From Chara braunii (Eukaryota > Plantae > Charophyceae), in assembly GCA_003427395.1 (NCBI GenBank), contig BFEA01000026.1, positions 5,113,860 through 5,177,859 of the forward strand: 64,000 nt of DNA, read 5' to 3'. Below are positions 1 to 13,205 of the stretch, piece after piece (positions within the stretch are counted from its first letter, which is position 1; each line of letters begins with the position of its first letter). The notes below the pieces were generated by a model. That model saw nothing but the letters and a program-made list of their open reading frames with translations. It made no database searches and was not told where the DNA came from. A program made the translations under genes and the position numbers.

Positions 1-285
1 CAAAGCCAAGTATAACAAAAAATCCCAAAAAATGCGAGAATTGACCTAAGTAAAATAAAGTTAGCTCAGAAAATGCAAAAATTGAACTAACTCCTATCGC
101 TCTAGCACGTGGTGAGCAACTACCTGTCAAACTGAAACTCAGACTAAGTAGTAGCCTCACTCAGTCACATGCAATGCCAAACCACAAAGGTAAGTACTCT
201 CACTAGCCCAAATCACCTTTGGCAAACAATAGTTCATAGTCTTTCAGTAATTTAACCCCTTATCCCCTGCTTACATAGAGCATTG

Positions 286-902
286 GGATTGGTCATTCGT
301 CTTATAAGCCATGCCAACTCTCTACCTTAATTATACACGAACAGGCTGCACAACTACTTCTCTCTTCTTTGGGCACATGACTAATCCATTGGTCTTAGAA
401 ACAATGCTTAGTCCCACTAAACTGTTTAAATAACCTAGTTATGTATATCTTTCTGAGCTTAATCTTCAAAAGTAAGCGTAGGACTGAGCCATTCGACTTA
501 GAAACAATGCTCAGCCTGCCCAAGTTACCTTCAATTATAGCTCTTAGTTATACTCTCTTCAGTTGTGATAAGGCTATAGTCAGACCATTCGTCTTAGAAA
601 CAATGTTTGGCTAGCCCTATTCTCATATACATATAGGTATAAAATTATAGAGAGTCCTATTGTTTTCGTTATGTTATAATCCTGTGGCTTCAGACTTAGA
701 CTATTCATCTTAGAAACAATGTTTAGTCTTGGGTCTGAATCACCCTGAGAACAAAACAAACTTAAAACCCTTCAATCAGGCAGACCCTCAGAAATAAACA
801 CAGCAACTAGGCCATTCATCTTAGAAACAATGTCCGGCCCCTCAGAAAACAGTCAAAATAAACATAACAGTCAGGCCATTCATCTAAGAAATAATGCCTG
901 AC
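286..902. repeat. Array of 7 hairpin units with constant core CATTCGTCTTAGAAACAATG (copy A)
   Basis: Cores start at 294, 387, 490, 586, 702, 813 and 877. Most are flanked by their own short inverted repeat (e.g. GACTAA/TTAGTC, CTGAG/CTCAG, GTCAGG/CCTGAC). Confidence 0.85.
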
Positions 903-2920
903 CCTATAAGACTCGTTCATACACAAGCAAGACTGCCTTCCTCCCCACCTTCCCCCTGATGCAACCCCTTGTTATAATCTGCTTTCAGACAAACAAACAA
1001 AACTGAAACTGTCATTATACATACATTCCTTTACTTAGTCTGGTTTACGTCCTGAAGGTCAAACTGAAAGTTAAAGTAGGGGTGCACTCAATACACTAAT
1101 ACATAGCAAGATGTATAGGTAGGGTTTATAACTGGTTTTATAAGGGGAAGCAATAATTACCTCTTAGTTCCCAGCCTCCGGAGCTCCTCCCGAGTTCCGG
1201 CAGAGCCCCTGCAATCGGTGGGCTGACTCCCCACAGAGTCTTAATGCGGACCTACGGGTTGCAATCCCGCCTGCCCCCTTCCTGTCAGAACCAATAGACT
1301 AGACTTAGAGTAAGAAGGGCAGAAAGAGAAAGTTTGAGTCGCTCATATACAAGAAGGGTGCTCTCAGACTCGTGCGAGAGAGCCTTGAAATCCTGATACA
1401 CCTGAGGGCCCCGCAATAATGGCCAAACAGCAACAGCTTGGTCAAAACTGAAGCCAAACCGTCAAAGTCAACCTTCTGACGACCTCCCAAATCACAACAT
1501 TAACTCCTTGATACCCTTCCACAATCACACCAGTGACGGCTCCGTTATACCCAGCCACTCCTCGGAGCTTCGCGGCTCGAAATGCGATGGCCCTCGACTA
1601 AAGACACGGCCTATGGATAAAAAAACAGGTCTTCTCCCCTTCTTGCAGTGAGGTAGCCGCATGGTCCGGCTGGTTGTGCCACGACCAAATGTAAAAAAAA
1701 AAACACCTATGTAATTTTCAACATTCCCGCCGCTCGCCTGTAACCACTTTACCCTGCAGTATAGCCTATGCACAGGATAATGCGTAAGCCTACAACTTAA
1801 ATTTGCATCTGACCCGTTACTGCCTAAGTTGGTAGGAGGAGAAGTCTCCGGGTCAGCAAGCAGATCTACAGTTCCTGCAGTTGATCCGTTGCCGCGTTAC
1901 TTGACGAACTGGCCTTACACCTGCCGGTTGACAAGCACTTAGTTCCCCAGTTGTTTCCCTTGTTGATCCTATCGGCAGGATGGGCAAACCCGAATAAGCC
2001 TCATACCGGAGCATGGCCTGACAGGTTGCTTACCAGTCACGCGTGCAGATAAATGGGCTCATGCTATCCTCTTCCCCAGCGCACACGAATCGGGTGAATC
2101 TACTACGAGACCATGAGGATATGCACTGCAACGCTCCACAACCAGCCTTCCTGCCACCAGCTGAGCACCAGACTATACGGTTGTGTTTGCATACGGCTTC
2201 CGCAGATAGGATGAGCAACACAACGGTCAACAGGTAAGTCTCTAACTTCGATGCTGCCTCACACTAGTTTCATCGATCGGACGAACAAAGTTTTAAACGA
2301 CTCTTCCACTAGAACGTGGCCAGATAGGTGCATATCTGCAGAAAATCCATTGAATAAGTCATCCTCTACTTTACATATTCCCGCTCGTTGTTTTCCACCT
2401 TCTCTCTTTCTACACGCGCGCCTACTGCAGAAGGCAGTGCCTCATCCGAACATGGGCAAAAATGAGAATGAATCTTCCGCTAAAAAGCGGAAAGATACAT
2501 TGATCTGTCGAAAGTCTCGTTTCCTCGGGCGCGGTCTTTCAAAACTCATACCGCCGAACCCACGTACAAGCTTTCGAATCCGACTCTACCATCGAATTCG
2601 CCCACCCTTCAATCCTTTAGCATAGCAGTTCCCCACAGTCGATTCGGTTGAATACCGATCTAGCATACCAACCCCCCCCCGCTTCGTCCATATCTGCGGA
2701 TTCTTATACCTCCACGCACTTTCTTCAACACCTATCTCTAATCCTACTAACTTCCCCTCAAACTAACCACATATTCGTATTCGTTCGGGTTTAAAACTCC
2801 TACCTACCATTTTCCCTTCAACACCGCTCATAAATGAGCGCGATATGCATGTTTCCTTCTTCTTCTTTTCGGCCTCCATCATAACTCCTCACGGCTCTAT
2901 TCTTCAACTAACTCCTAGCT

Positions 2921-2958
2921 CTGTCTCTTATACACATCTAGATGTGTATAAGAGACAG
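2921..2958. other. Nextera mate-pair junction adapter (assembly artefact) with false duplication 2645-2920 = 2959-3234
   Basis: Exact CTGTCTCTTATACACATCT+AGATGTGTATAAGAGACAG between two identical 276-bp copies; copy B has only one copy. Confidence 0.97.
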
Positions 2959-4251
2959 CGGTTGAATACCGATCTAGCATACCAACCCCCCCCCGCTTCG
3001 TCCATATCTGCGGATTCTTATACCTCCACGCACTTTCTTCAACACCTATCTCTAATCCTACTAACTTCCCCTCAAACTAACCACATATTCGTATTCGTTC
3101 GGGTTTAAAACTCCTACCTACCATTTTCCCTTCAACACCGCTCATAAATGAGCGCGATATGCATGTTTCCTTCTTCTTCTTTTCGGCCTCCATCATAACT
3201 CCTCACGGCTCTATTCTTCAACTAACTCCTAGCTTACTAACTCTCTCTCTAATCCGACATCATATATGGGGTCGCCCACCCCAAAAACCCCTTATTTGAG
3301 TATTCGTTCGTTCGTTTTCGTCAAGAAACAAACGAGATCAGCATTTCCTCCTCCCGTTCTTCTTCACTTCGACCATAGCTCGTCGCACCCCCTTTCTTTA
3401 CTAACTTTCATCTTACTTACCTATTGCTAAAATTGACTTCATGATCTAACTCGCAGATACCGAAACCCCCTATCCACTACCTTTTCGCGTCCACTCTCGC
3501 TACAGAATGGACAATCTTCCACTTTCCCGTTCCTACCTCATCTCCCTCCTTGCCATCTCCGCGCAACTCGTTTCATACTAACCTTTATTTTACTAACTTA
3601 TCTCCTCAATCTAACCCCGGATTCTGGATCGCCCGGGCCTAGAACTCCTATGTAGCATCTTTTCCCGCTCGTTTTCATCCAGGAACGAGCGAGGCACATG
3701 CTTTGGACTTCTGCCATAGCTTGCTCGCCCCCTCTTCGAATGCACCCCGATGATCCCCCCGTCCAAATTCATCATTTTCTTTCCTACCTGTTTTCGCTTG
3801 GTGTAAGTATCCGTTGTATCTCTCCTAGCGCCCACTGCCTCTACCGTAGTGCCCGACCCCACGACTTACGTAGTGAAATCTCTTCCCAGCCGTTGTGCGC
3901 TGCCCCGAGGGAAACTGCGGAGGGAACCAGCCACAGCTAATCAGACGGTTCGACTAGTCTGTTGCCCCTATACCTGAGCCCGACAGTCAGGCTGTGTTAT
4001 GCCACCGCAACCTCCATACCCCGATCCCTGGTTTTCGTTGTGCAGCTGCACAGACGCTCCTCGGCTATCACTGTGTCGTTGCACAGGCGCTCCCTGGTTC
4101 TCATTCTGTCGTTGCACAGGCGCTCCCTGACTCTCACTGTGCTGCTGCACAAGAGCTCTGTGGCTCTTTGTTGTGCCACACTCTGGCCCCCGGCGAGTCG
4201 GGCCCTAGTGTAGGTCTTGGCGGCAGGATCAAACATTCGAGCGAGACCCCG

Positions 4252-4687
4252 CAGAGCTCGCAAACCTAACCTTATCTGTCACCCAAACCTGGCCCAGACC
4301 TGGTCTTCAAAAAATTCTTCATCCGTACCCAATCCGGATCAACTTTCAAAAAAAAATCCAAACTGTACCCTACCCGTACCCGGGCTTTCCTTGATTTTCC
4401 AACCCGCGTCCGGCCCGCCCGGGGACCCAAAAAAATTAGCAACTGCACCCAACCCGGCCAGGTTCCACAGTGGACCCAACCATGGCCGCCCAACGCGATC
4501 TATAATCTGACTATGCCCACCCTAAAGCACCCATGCCCCACATTTGGCCGCCCGGAACCACCCGCTCAGTTTCAACTAAAATATGGGTGCGTAGTGTACG
4601 GGGTGTGGCTGAACAGGACCGGAAAGATGGCTTGTATACATCCGTTATAAGGGTGCCTTGTGCTCAGGGAAAGAAGCACACCTTATG

Positions 4688-4755
<68 letters not shown>

Positions 4756-5882
4756 NNNNNNNNNNNNNNNNNNNNNNNNNNNNNNNNNNNNNNNNNNNNN
4801 NNNNNNNNNNNNNNNNNNNNNNNNNNNNNNNNNNNNNNNNNNNNNNNNNNNNNNNNNNNNNNNNNNNNNNNNNNNNNNNNNNNNNNNNNNNNNNNNNNNN
4901 NNNNNNNNNNNNNNNNNNNNNNNNNNNNNNNNNNNNNNNNNNNNNNNNNNNNNNNNNNNNNNNNNNNNNNNNNNNNNNNNNNNNNNNNNNNNNNNNNNNN
5001 NNNNNNNNNNNNNNNNNNNNNNNNNNNNNNNNNNNNNNNNNNNNNNNNNNNNNNNNNNNNNNNNNNNNNNNNNNNNNNNNNNNNNNNNNNNNNNNNNNNN
5101 NNNNNNNNNNNNNNNNNNNNNNNNNNNNNNNNNNNNNNNNNNNNNNNNNNNNNNNNNNNNNNNNNNNNNNNNNNNNNNNNNNNNNNNNNNNNNNNNNNNN
5201 NNNNNNNNNNNNNNNNNNNNNNNNNNNNNNNNNNNNNNNNNNNNNNNNNNNNNNNNNNNNNNNNNNNNNNNNNNNNNNNNNNNNNNNNNNNNNNNNNNNN
5301 NNNNNNNNNNNNNNNNNNNNNNNNNNNNNNNNNNNNNNNNNNNNNNNNNNNNNNNNNNNNNNNNNNNNNNNNNNNNNNNNNNNNNNNNNNNNNNNNNNNN
5401 NNNNNNNNNNNNNNNNNNNNNNNNNNNNNNNNNNNNNNNNNNNNNNNNNNNNNNNNNNNNNNNNNNNNNNNNNNNNNNNNNNNNNNNNNNNNNNNNNNNN
5501 NNNNNNNNNNNNNNNNNNNNNNNNNNNNNNNNNNNNNNNNNNNNNNNNNNNNNNNNNNNNNNNNNNNNNNNNNNNNNNNNNNNNNNNNNNNNNNNNNNNN
5601 NNNNNNNNNNNNNNNNNNNNNNNNNNNNNNNNNNNNNNNNNNNNNNNNNNNNNNNNNNNNNNNNNNNNNNNNNNNNNNNNNNNNNNNNNNNNCTCTCTAG
5701 CTCGTCGGTGTCCGCTGCTTCGATGCTGCTGCAACAGCCGGTCGGTGGCGCTCCTATAGTGCGCTTCGACGTTGTTGCCACTCAGTTGTCGCGCCTGTTG
5801 GCCCTGCTCCGTTGCTGCAGAGACAAGCTCCGTCGATGTAGCCCGCTGCCCGCTGATCAGGTAACTTAGGCGCGTGCAAGAT

Positions 5883-5944
<62 letters not shown>

Positions 5945-6719
5945 GCGCACGGGTCTGCCCGTTCGTCAACCTCTCTCTCTCTCTGCCTACACGCTGCCGC
6001 CTCGACTTGGCCGTGCAGGTTGTGTTCGAAATTCGTGAGTTGAATACGAGAGGCTTTGGGTGAACTCACACCCGTACCGCCATCAACAATACGAGAGGCT
6101 TCGGGTGAACTCACACCCATACCGCCATCAAATCTATTGAAAAGGGCCTCACAGTCCCTCACTCCACTACTCACGAAATGTGCAAAATGAGAATGAATCT
6201 CCCGCTGGAACACGGAAATATACACCACCATTTTTTTGGTCTTTTGTGTATGTCGTGAGTAGTGGAGTTAGGCCTGGTGTATATTTTTGTGTTCCAGTGG
6301 GAGATTCATTCCCATTTTGCACATTTCGTAACTGGTGGACCTACAAAAAAAAAATGCACCGCTGCCCGCCATTTTGGAAACAAGGCGCCACCGCTGCCCT
6401 TACAAGTTACAACGGATACATTGCGGGACCCTACTGGCTGTGTGGGCCCCTACCAAGGCTAAGGGACCAAATAGTAAGGGTCTGGAAAAAAAAAAATGGT
6501 ATACGTAATAACCTATACATATGTATGTATATTTTACTAAGGTCCAATTTCGGGTGACCGAAGCAAAAATCCCACCCGGCCGTGGCCCGCAGCCGACCCA
6601 TTTTACCACCTGGCCGTACCCGGTTGTGGCCACTATTTGAAAATTGTTCCGGCTCCAAGCCCATCGGGTACGGCTGGGCCGGGTTGGGTGCGGCCACGGC
6701 CACCCGATTGCAGGCTCTG
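4252..6719. mobile_element. Non-autonomous hAT-type DNA transposon (contains N gap 4756-5692)
   Basis: 8-bp TSD AGACCCCG at 4244-4251 and 6720-6727; imperfect TIRs CAGAGCTCGCAAAC / rc CAGAGCCTGCAATC; CCCG-rich subtermini; empty site in copy B (~16533-16540). Confidence 0.88.
6161..6329. repeat. Overlapping inverted repeats (MITE-like hairpin) inside the hAT element
   Basis: 6173-6227 is the near reverse complement of 6275-6329; 6161-6176 pairs with 6253-6268. Confidence 0.75.
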
Positions 6720-7293
6720 AGACCCCGGGGCTCGAGGTGGAAAAAGGTCCCATGTGGATGGCAACCTGGGCTCTATGCCCACTGTCTTAGTGTCCTTGCC
6801 GAGACATAGCCCTGCCTTTCTCCGGATCCTAACAACATGCGCACACTTAAACCTCGTACAGCGGGTGATGGGCGGCCACCAACGCGCTCGTAAAAAACCC
6901 TTGCCCCTCGGGCCAGGCCTGTTGGTCCAGGCATGGGCCTCAGAACCGGTCCCCAACAGAGGCAAAAAATAATAATAAAACTAAAAATCTAAACATAGAA
7001 ACAAAACACAGAAACTAAGTAGAATCGGGTCGTCGCCCCACCAACCTTTGATGCTGCACATCCCGTTTTTCATGCAGAAGTCTCACCGTTGTCAAGGTCG
7101 TCCTTTGTACGTACGCACAAGTCACAAATAAAAGCGTCAATCAAGAGACAAAACCCATTTAATCCTAACTTAATCAAAACTAAAATTCTGTTCGGCAATC
7201 ACGTCGGTTTTCATAATCATCAAAAGGAAAAAGAGATCACCCGTGCCTTAATCCTACGCGCCCACTCACTATCTGCTCTAGTCAACCATCCAG

Positions 7294-7782
7294 TCAACGT
7301 AAACGACAGACACGACCGCGACTCGTGCGGTATACTTGACTATGGGGTAAAACCCTCTGATCCAGGTACAGGCCATATACTAGTTCGCACGTAAAACGCC
7401 CATATCCCCACTCGCGCGTCCTCAAAGCGGCTTCTGTTGCAGCCTCTACCCTTTCTTGTCCCCCGAAACACTTCTCTACCAGAAATTCAGGCAGGACGAC
7501 TCGTAATGGGGCAGAAGGAAGCCCAAATTCCTCGACACGCTTGACTTCTACATGGGTCACCACTCGTTCTTCCCCTTCATGGACTCTTCTTGTGAATTTT
7601 GCCCTTGCTTCCTCAACTATTCTCAATGGCCTTGCAAGCAAGCTCCCGTGCCCAAGTGCCAACTCGACCCCATGCTTGGCCCAGAATGAGGAAGATGCGT
7701 ACAGGGTTACCCTTACGATCGCGCAATCTTCATCATCATTAAAGTCGGACTCGATCCAAACAAAAATACCCACGTGCATCAA
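7294..7782 (-). other. 162-aa ORF of unknown function, probably element-derived
   Basis: Longest non-low-complexity ORF between copies A and B; no recognisable domain. Confidence 0.25.
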
Positions 7783-10700
7783 TGTGCCCCACCAGGAAGA
7801 GATATATTATTCTTCCTTGACGCTCCTCGGCAAGGATACCTCGAGTCCATTTTTCCTTTTTACGGGCAAGGTTACATTAGGATCTTCCTTCGCATAAGGC
7901 ATCCTGAGTTGCCTTCGCTCTGATCTGGGTTCTGCACATCACAGAAAAAGTCCAGCATATGCCTTCCGTTACCAACTGACAATCGTGTTCCAACACCCCT
8001 ACCCCTGAAGCCTTAGCTCCATATCATCTTTCACTAAATTGCATATTTTCCAGCGTTTACGACCACCCAGCTTCGAGGAAATAATAATGGTAATATATCA
8101 CAATAATATTACATTCATAGATATAAAAATTTCATAATTACAACACTCTTGGAAAACGATATATTACCATAGTAACTGACAACAATAACACTCATAATAA
8201 TCAAACATATCATCCACAAGCTACTCAGTTACTCAAAGCATATAGAAATACCTCATAATAGCAGGCTTATATCAACAGGCATAACCTATAATAGACACAT
8301 TATGATCAGAGATATGGTTGTCAACAGTTAGTACTCTCAGACATAATTCTTGTGAGAGCACCATACTTACTCCCCTTGCTTTAACAGAAGTATATTGTGG
8401 CGAGGGGCAGTGTAATCCTTTCCAGAAAGGATACCATCTCAAATTTCTGAGTCTCATTCAAAGATCAAGCCTCACTGCTTCTCCCTCCAATTCCAGCGCC
8501 CATTCCTTGCAGACCCTTGCCAATAAAATAAACAACCTCACCATACACGCTTCGGGTAGTACCATCCCGTCTTGTGCTGGCGAACCTACGTGACACAAGA
8601 ATAGTTAGGGATTCACTTCCTACTTTTCTGTGGCAGGTAGTAGCCATTTTCCTTATAGATCATAATCAGACAAGGCTCAAACACTTTCCTCCTATTCAGT
8701 CGTATTGTAGTCATCTTATCACAGAGGATACAACAACAACACCCCACTATGGACCAGGAACATAGTTCCGGCGTGCGTCTCACTACTACCTACAAGACAA
8801 GATTATAATTTTTTCAAAGTCATCTCTTAGGGGAACAATAACATAAAATTGCAACCTTCCTTAGGGTAAACCTTACACATTGACCACTTCCTGAGAAGTA
8901 CTCATCTCAAGGAGCGGTCACTCCATTCACCTTTGAATCCGCATCAGACGTGGATTCTGCATAATATCTTTACCCCCTCTTTGAGGAGCAATCCAAACAC
9001 ACAAACCTTAATAGACAACCATAAATTGATAATTGGACTTGAGACATTCATATAAATCCTTGCAGACTGAATAGTTCAAATACATACTTCAAATACATAG
9101 CCCATGTAAATATTTATGACAAGGATAATTATCAAATGAATATAATCATCAAGCACGTAGCCTCACACAATCAGACGTCAGGCAAGCTTACTCAGACAGT
9201 ATCTGGCATATAGGAATGAGTTCAGCATACAGCTCAATAGAAATGCCCTCAGACAATTAGTCTCAAGTCCTTAGTTCCAACTCATAGATCCAAGTGGATG
9301 GCCCAAACCTAGGAAAGGTTCACGCGAAGGTCTAACATCAATTACAACCCATTGCCCCATCAAAGGTAAGCAAAATAGCCTAAGTGTTAGCTCCTTCACT
9401 GTTATTCCAACTACCTCTAGGATCAGATACCCTCTCATAACAAAACGGGTGTTATGCAATTCTACTACTTCTCGTAGTCCTTTCCATCGAGGTCATAGTA
9501 CAACGCTCACTATACCCATTCACCGCTATATACGCCCAGCTCAAACACATCGCGCATCGCAGACCTCACATTTTCATGGCTATATAATTCAAACAACCAC
9601 TTAGAACCCAAACTCAAGGATCCCATATTCAGATTCATAAAGTTTTTGACCTCCTTAACCTTACTCTCCTCGAAGTCCCTTGATGACTTATAACATAATA
9701 GGCTCCCTTACTCGTCCTCGGCCTCACCCTAAACCCAACGTACCCTATTGCTCCCCTGACCACTCGGGTAACTCCCCTTAGCCATAATGGGTACCTTATG
9801 AGGCTAACTCCCACAACAACCATGCCCAGTCACATTGGCATCATATCATTTCACCTCAACCATATCAATTATGCAAAGCATCGTCCAAACCAATCAACTA
9901 TCAGGGTCAAAAACATTACTCAACTCCAACTGCCATTATGCTTAATCAGGGTACGTGAGTGCATAGTCAAAACCCTTATCACTCTCGAGTCATCCTTACG
10001 GCATCAATACAAACCAACTCACACCGTCAACCCTTATTCGGTCTCTATCCGATATCATCAATCGATTTACCACAAAAACCCAAAGAAAAACCTTATATTT
10101 TGCCTAGTTCTCACAATCCCATACTCGGATGTCGTTCCACCAGGGACAACGGTAGGCCATCGTTATCCCCGACAACGAAGCCACCAGTCGAGCGCATCGG
10201 TCCGGGACCGCACAAGGCAGCGCGGGACCCTCCCGGCCTCGTCACGCAGGAGTCAGTTTAAATCATTCGTCGTGAGTATACATGGAGCTTCCTCAAGCTG
10301 CTACGGCCGAGTGTGCCAACCATACCTCCCGTGAGCCCCTACGATAGAATAGGGCCTACGCGAGGCATGCCTTACCTCCACCTTACGGGAGCTGTCACCT
10401 CCCTTTGGTGGGCGTATCCCCGTCGAGCTACCAGTCCACAGTACGAAAGCTAATCAGCTGCAATCGCAGAGATGGACCAGCCGATGGCGTTTCTCGTTCG
10501 CTGTATCGTAGGGGGTACGCGCGGTAATACCCCTCTATCGGACTTGCAAGGGATCTGGCATCTTGGGGGGCTGAGGTCCCAAGCGCGACTCGTCGCCGGT
10601 CGACTAGGACGCATCCCACGCGCCACGCGCACACCACTGTAAAGAACATAAAAATAAACACACACACCCACGTACATATACATATACAGAACGGCACTGA

Positions 10701-11914
10701 ACAGACAACGCGACAACACTCCTAGTCCCTTAGTAGCCATTCCATAACTTTCCGATGTGGAAGTCGGATAGGCATCACGCTCGAGACTTAGTATAAAACT
10801 GAGCGGACGCAAGGCTAACTCATATCGATTCGCAATGCAAGCCTATGCAAGCGATCACAACGATGGCGTACTATGTAGTACCCATACTCACACGATCCTC
10901 GTAAATCTCAAGGGTCGCACTCGACACTCAAGTGTCGGCTGACACTCGCCTTGAGGGTTAATCTCTCGACGTTGGACAACCGCCAAGTGCGGTTGAAAAC
11001 CACACCCTCTTCTGCACCCTGCGGAGAGTGGGTGGTACACAGGTTCATACATGTGGTGGCAATCGTCTCTTATCGCCTTGGGGACCAGTTCCATCACCTA
11101 GGGCCCGGAGAGAAGTCAAGCGGTTTGACTTTGAAGGCTGCCACGGACTACAACGTCCAACCATAGAAATCTAAAAAGCAAAGGAAAACATGGGATCTTC
11201 CTCTTCTCTCAAACACACGATCTGTTTAACCCTTACTCATGATCCCAGTAGGTCGCGCAAAACACTCAAGACATATATATATCACATAAATATAAATGAT
11301 TATTAATATGTGACGACCACTTCTCACAATCACAGTGAAGCTCTTCTCAGCCACATATATATGTATGTGAGCGCAGGCAGTCAAAATCCAAAGTCCGAAT
11401 CACCAAACATACCTGCAATCACATCGAAGATCCCACCAAAAGTCCAAGCACTACACGAGGTCAACTTTAACCATTTTCTGGACTCACACCCCTTGCTTTT
11501 AGCCATATATGCCTCACTTTTTGTGCAACTCTTGAAATAAAATACTCAGTACTTTTCTTTAAATGACCATTCAAATAAAGTCCGGATGAAAACACAACAA
11601 AACAGTTTAAATCACAAGGCTAAAGACTTTAGGTTGAGTGGCAGAAGCGGATTGGAGTTGAATTGTAAACCGATAAATCGGCAACTGACCTGTTATCACC
11701 GATAACAAAAGATGATCCTCGTAGGATCAAGCTGAATCTAGCCCAAGTCCTGAATCAATCGATTAAGAAGACCTGAAACACAAGACAAGCCAATCATCAG
11801 CTCAAGTTATAAGTGTATGGAGAATACAGCTTCATAACACATCCTTATCCAAGACCCTTCTACAAGCTAAAAGCCTAAACCTGCCTCTAAGTCAGTGCCC
11901 AACGATAGGCAAAC

Positions 11915-12295
11915 CTATGGCAGCATCTCCCCCTGTTCAGGGTGGATTGCTAGAATTGTCACCTGTCAAAATATAATCCAACTCCTTTAAACTAGGAAAA
12001 TTTCGGCAGCGCTTCCCGTAGGAAATGTGTCTTTTCAAAATTTATATCAGCCTGAATATAAAAACAAAAATAGTCTTCATCTTTCCAAAGTCCAATTTTG
12101 TTTAACTCCTTGAATTAACAAAAATTTTGGGCAGCACACCTTTTAGAAAATGAGACTTCCCAGATTTTTACTAAGTCATATATAAAATTTAGACAAGTTG
12201 AACTTTGAAAGGTCAAATTTTGACTAACTCCTTGGATTTTGCAGAAATTTCTGCAGCGCTTCCCGTAGAGAAAGTAACTTACCAAAATTTATACA
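11915..12295. repeat. Degenerate ~120-bp-period tandem repeat (GGCAGCGCTTCCCGTAGGAAA motif)
   Basis: Motif at ~11919, 12005, 12131 and 12253; equivalents in copy C at ~26765, 26880 and 26970. Confidence 0.6.
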
Positions 12296-12587
12296 AAACC
12301 AAGTATAACAAAAGATCTTAGAAAATGCGAGAATTGACCTAAGTAAAATAAAGTTAGCTCAGAAAATGCAGGAATTGAACTAACTCTTATCGCTCTAGCA
12401 CGTGGCGAACAACTAAAGTAACTACCTGTCAAACTGAAACTCAGACTAAGTAGTAGCCTCACTCAGTCATATGCAATGCCAAACCACAAAGGTAAGTACT
12501 CTCACCAGCCCAAATCACCTTTGGCAATACAATAGTTCATAGTCTTTCAGTAATTTAACCCCTTATACCCTGCTTACATAGAGCATT

Positions 12588-13205
12588 GAGATTGATCATT
12601 CGTCTTATAAACAATGTCAACTCTCTGCCTTGATTATACACGAACAGGCTGCACAACTACTTCTCTCTTTTTTTGACACATGACTAAGTCATTCGTCTTA
12701 GAAACAATGCTTAGTCGCCCTTAACTGTTTAAATAGCCAAGTTATATATATCTTTGTGAGCTTAATCTTCAAAAGTGAGCGTAGGACTTAGTCATTCGTC
12801 TTAGAAACAATGCTCAGCCTGCCCAAGTTACCTTCAATTATAGCTCTTAGTTATACTCTCTTCAGTTGTGATAAGGCTATAGTCAGACCATTCATTTTAA
12901 AAACAATGTTTGGCTAGCCCTATTCTCATATACATATAGGTATAGAATTATAGAGAGTCCTATTGTTTTCGTTACATTATAATCTTGTGGCTTCAGACTT
13001 AGACCATCCATCTTAGAAACAATGTCTAGTCTTTGGCCTCAATCTCCCTCAAAGCAAAACAAACTTAAACTCCTTCAATCAGGCAGACCCTCAGAAATAA
13101 ACACAGCAACCATGACATTCATCTTAGAAACAATGCCCGACCCTTCAGAAAACAACCAAAATAAACATAGCAGTCAGACCATTCGTCTTATAAACAATGC
13201 CTGAC
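12588..13205. repeat. Array of 7 hairpin units (copy B)
   Basis: Cores at 12597, 12690, 12793, 12889, 13005, 13116 and 13180, orthologous to copy A units. Confidence 0.85.

Larger units (their letters stand above)
1..7336. mobile_element. Giant LTR-like repeat, copy A (begins before the window; interrupted by a hAT insertion and an adapter artefact)
   Basis: Colinear and highly similar to 12294-17150: position 1 aligns to 12294 and 6720-7336 aligns to ~16533-17150. It lacks the last ~80 bp present in copies B and C. Confidence 0.75.

Noticed and set aside
286-902. CRISPR array interpretation of the repeat-spacer pattern
   Set aside because: Eukaryotic repeat context, no cas genes, irregular long spacers that are conserved between paralogous copies, and degenerate repeats.
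2921-2958. Tn5 mosaic ends as a real bacterial transposon or horizontal transfer
   Set aside because: Back-to-back 19-bp ends are exactly the Nextera mate-pair junction and recur with duplicated local sequence.
4533-5969. Long ORFs of 346-428 aa
   Set aside because: They consist of an N gap and (CT)n repeats; the same applies to ORFs over the gaps at 33671-33825, 52415-52593 and the off-frame ORFs over 42609-43274.
7353-7372. Primer-binding-site-like CTCTGATCCA next to GGTACA
   Set aside because: Needs a deletion and a substitution to fit tRNA-iMet PBS plus TG; too weak to define a boundary.
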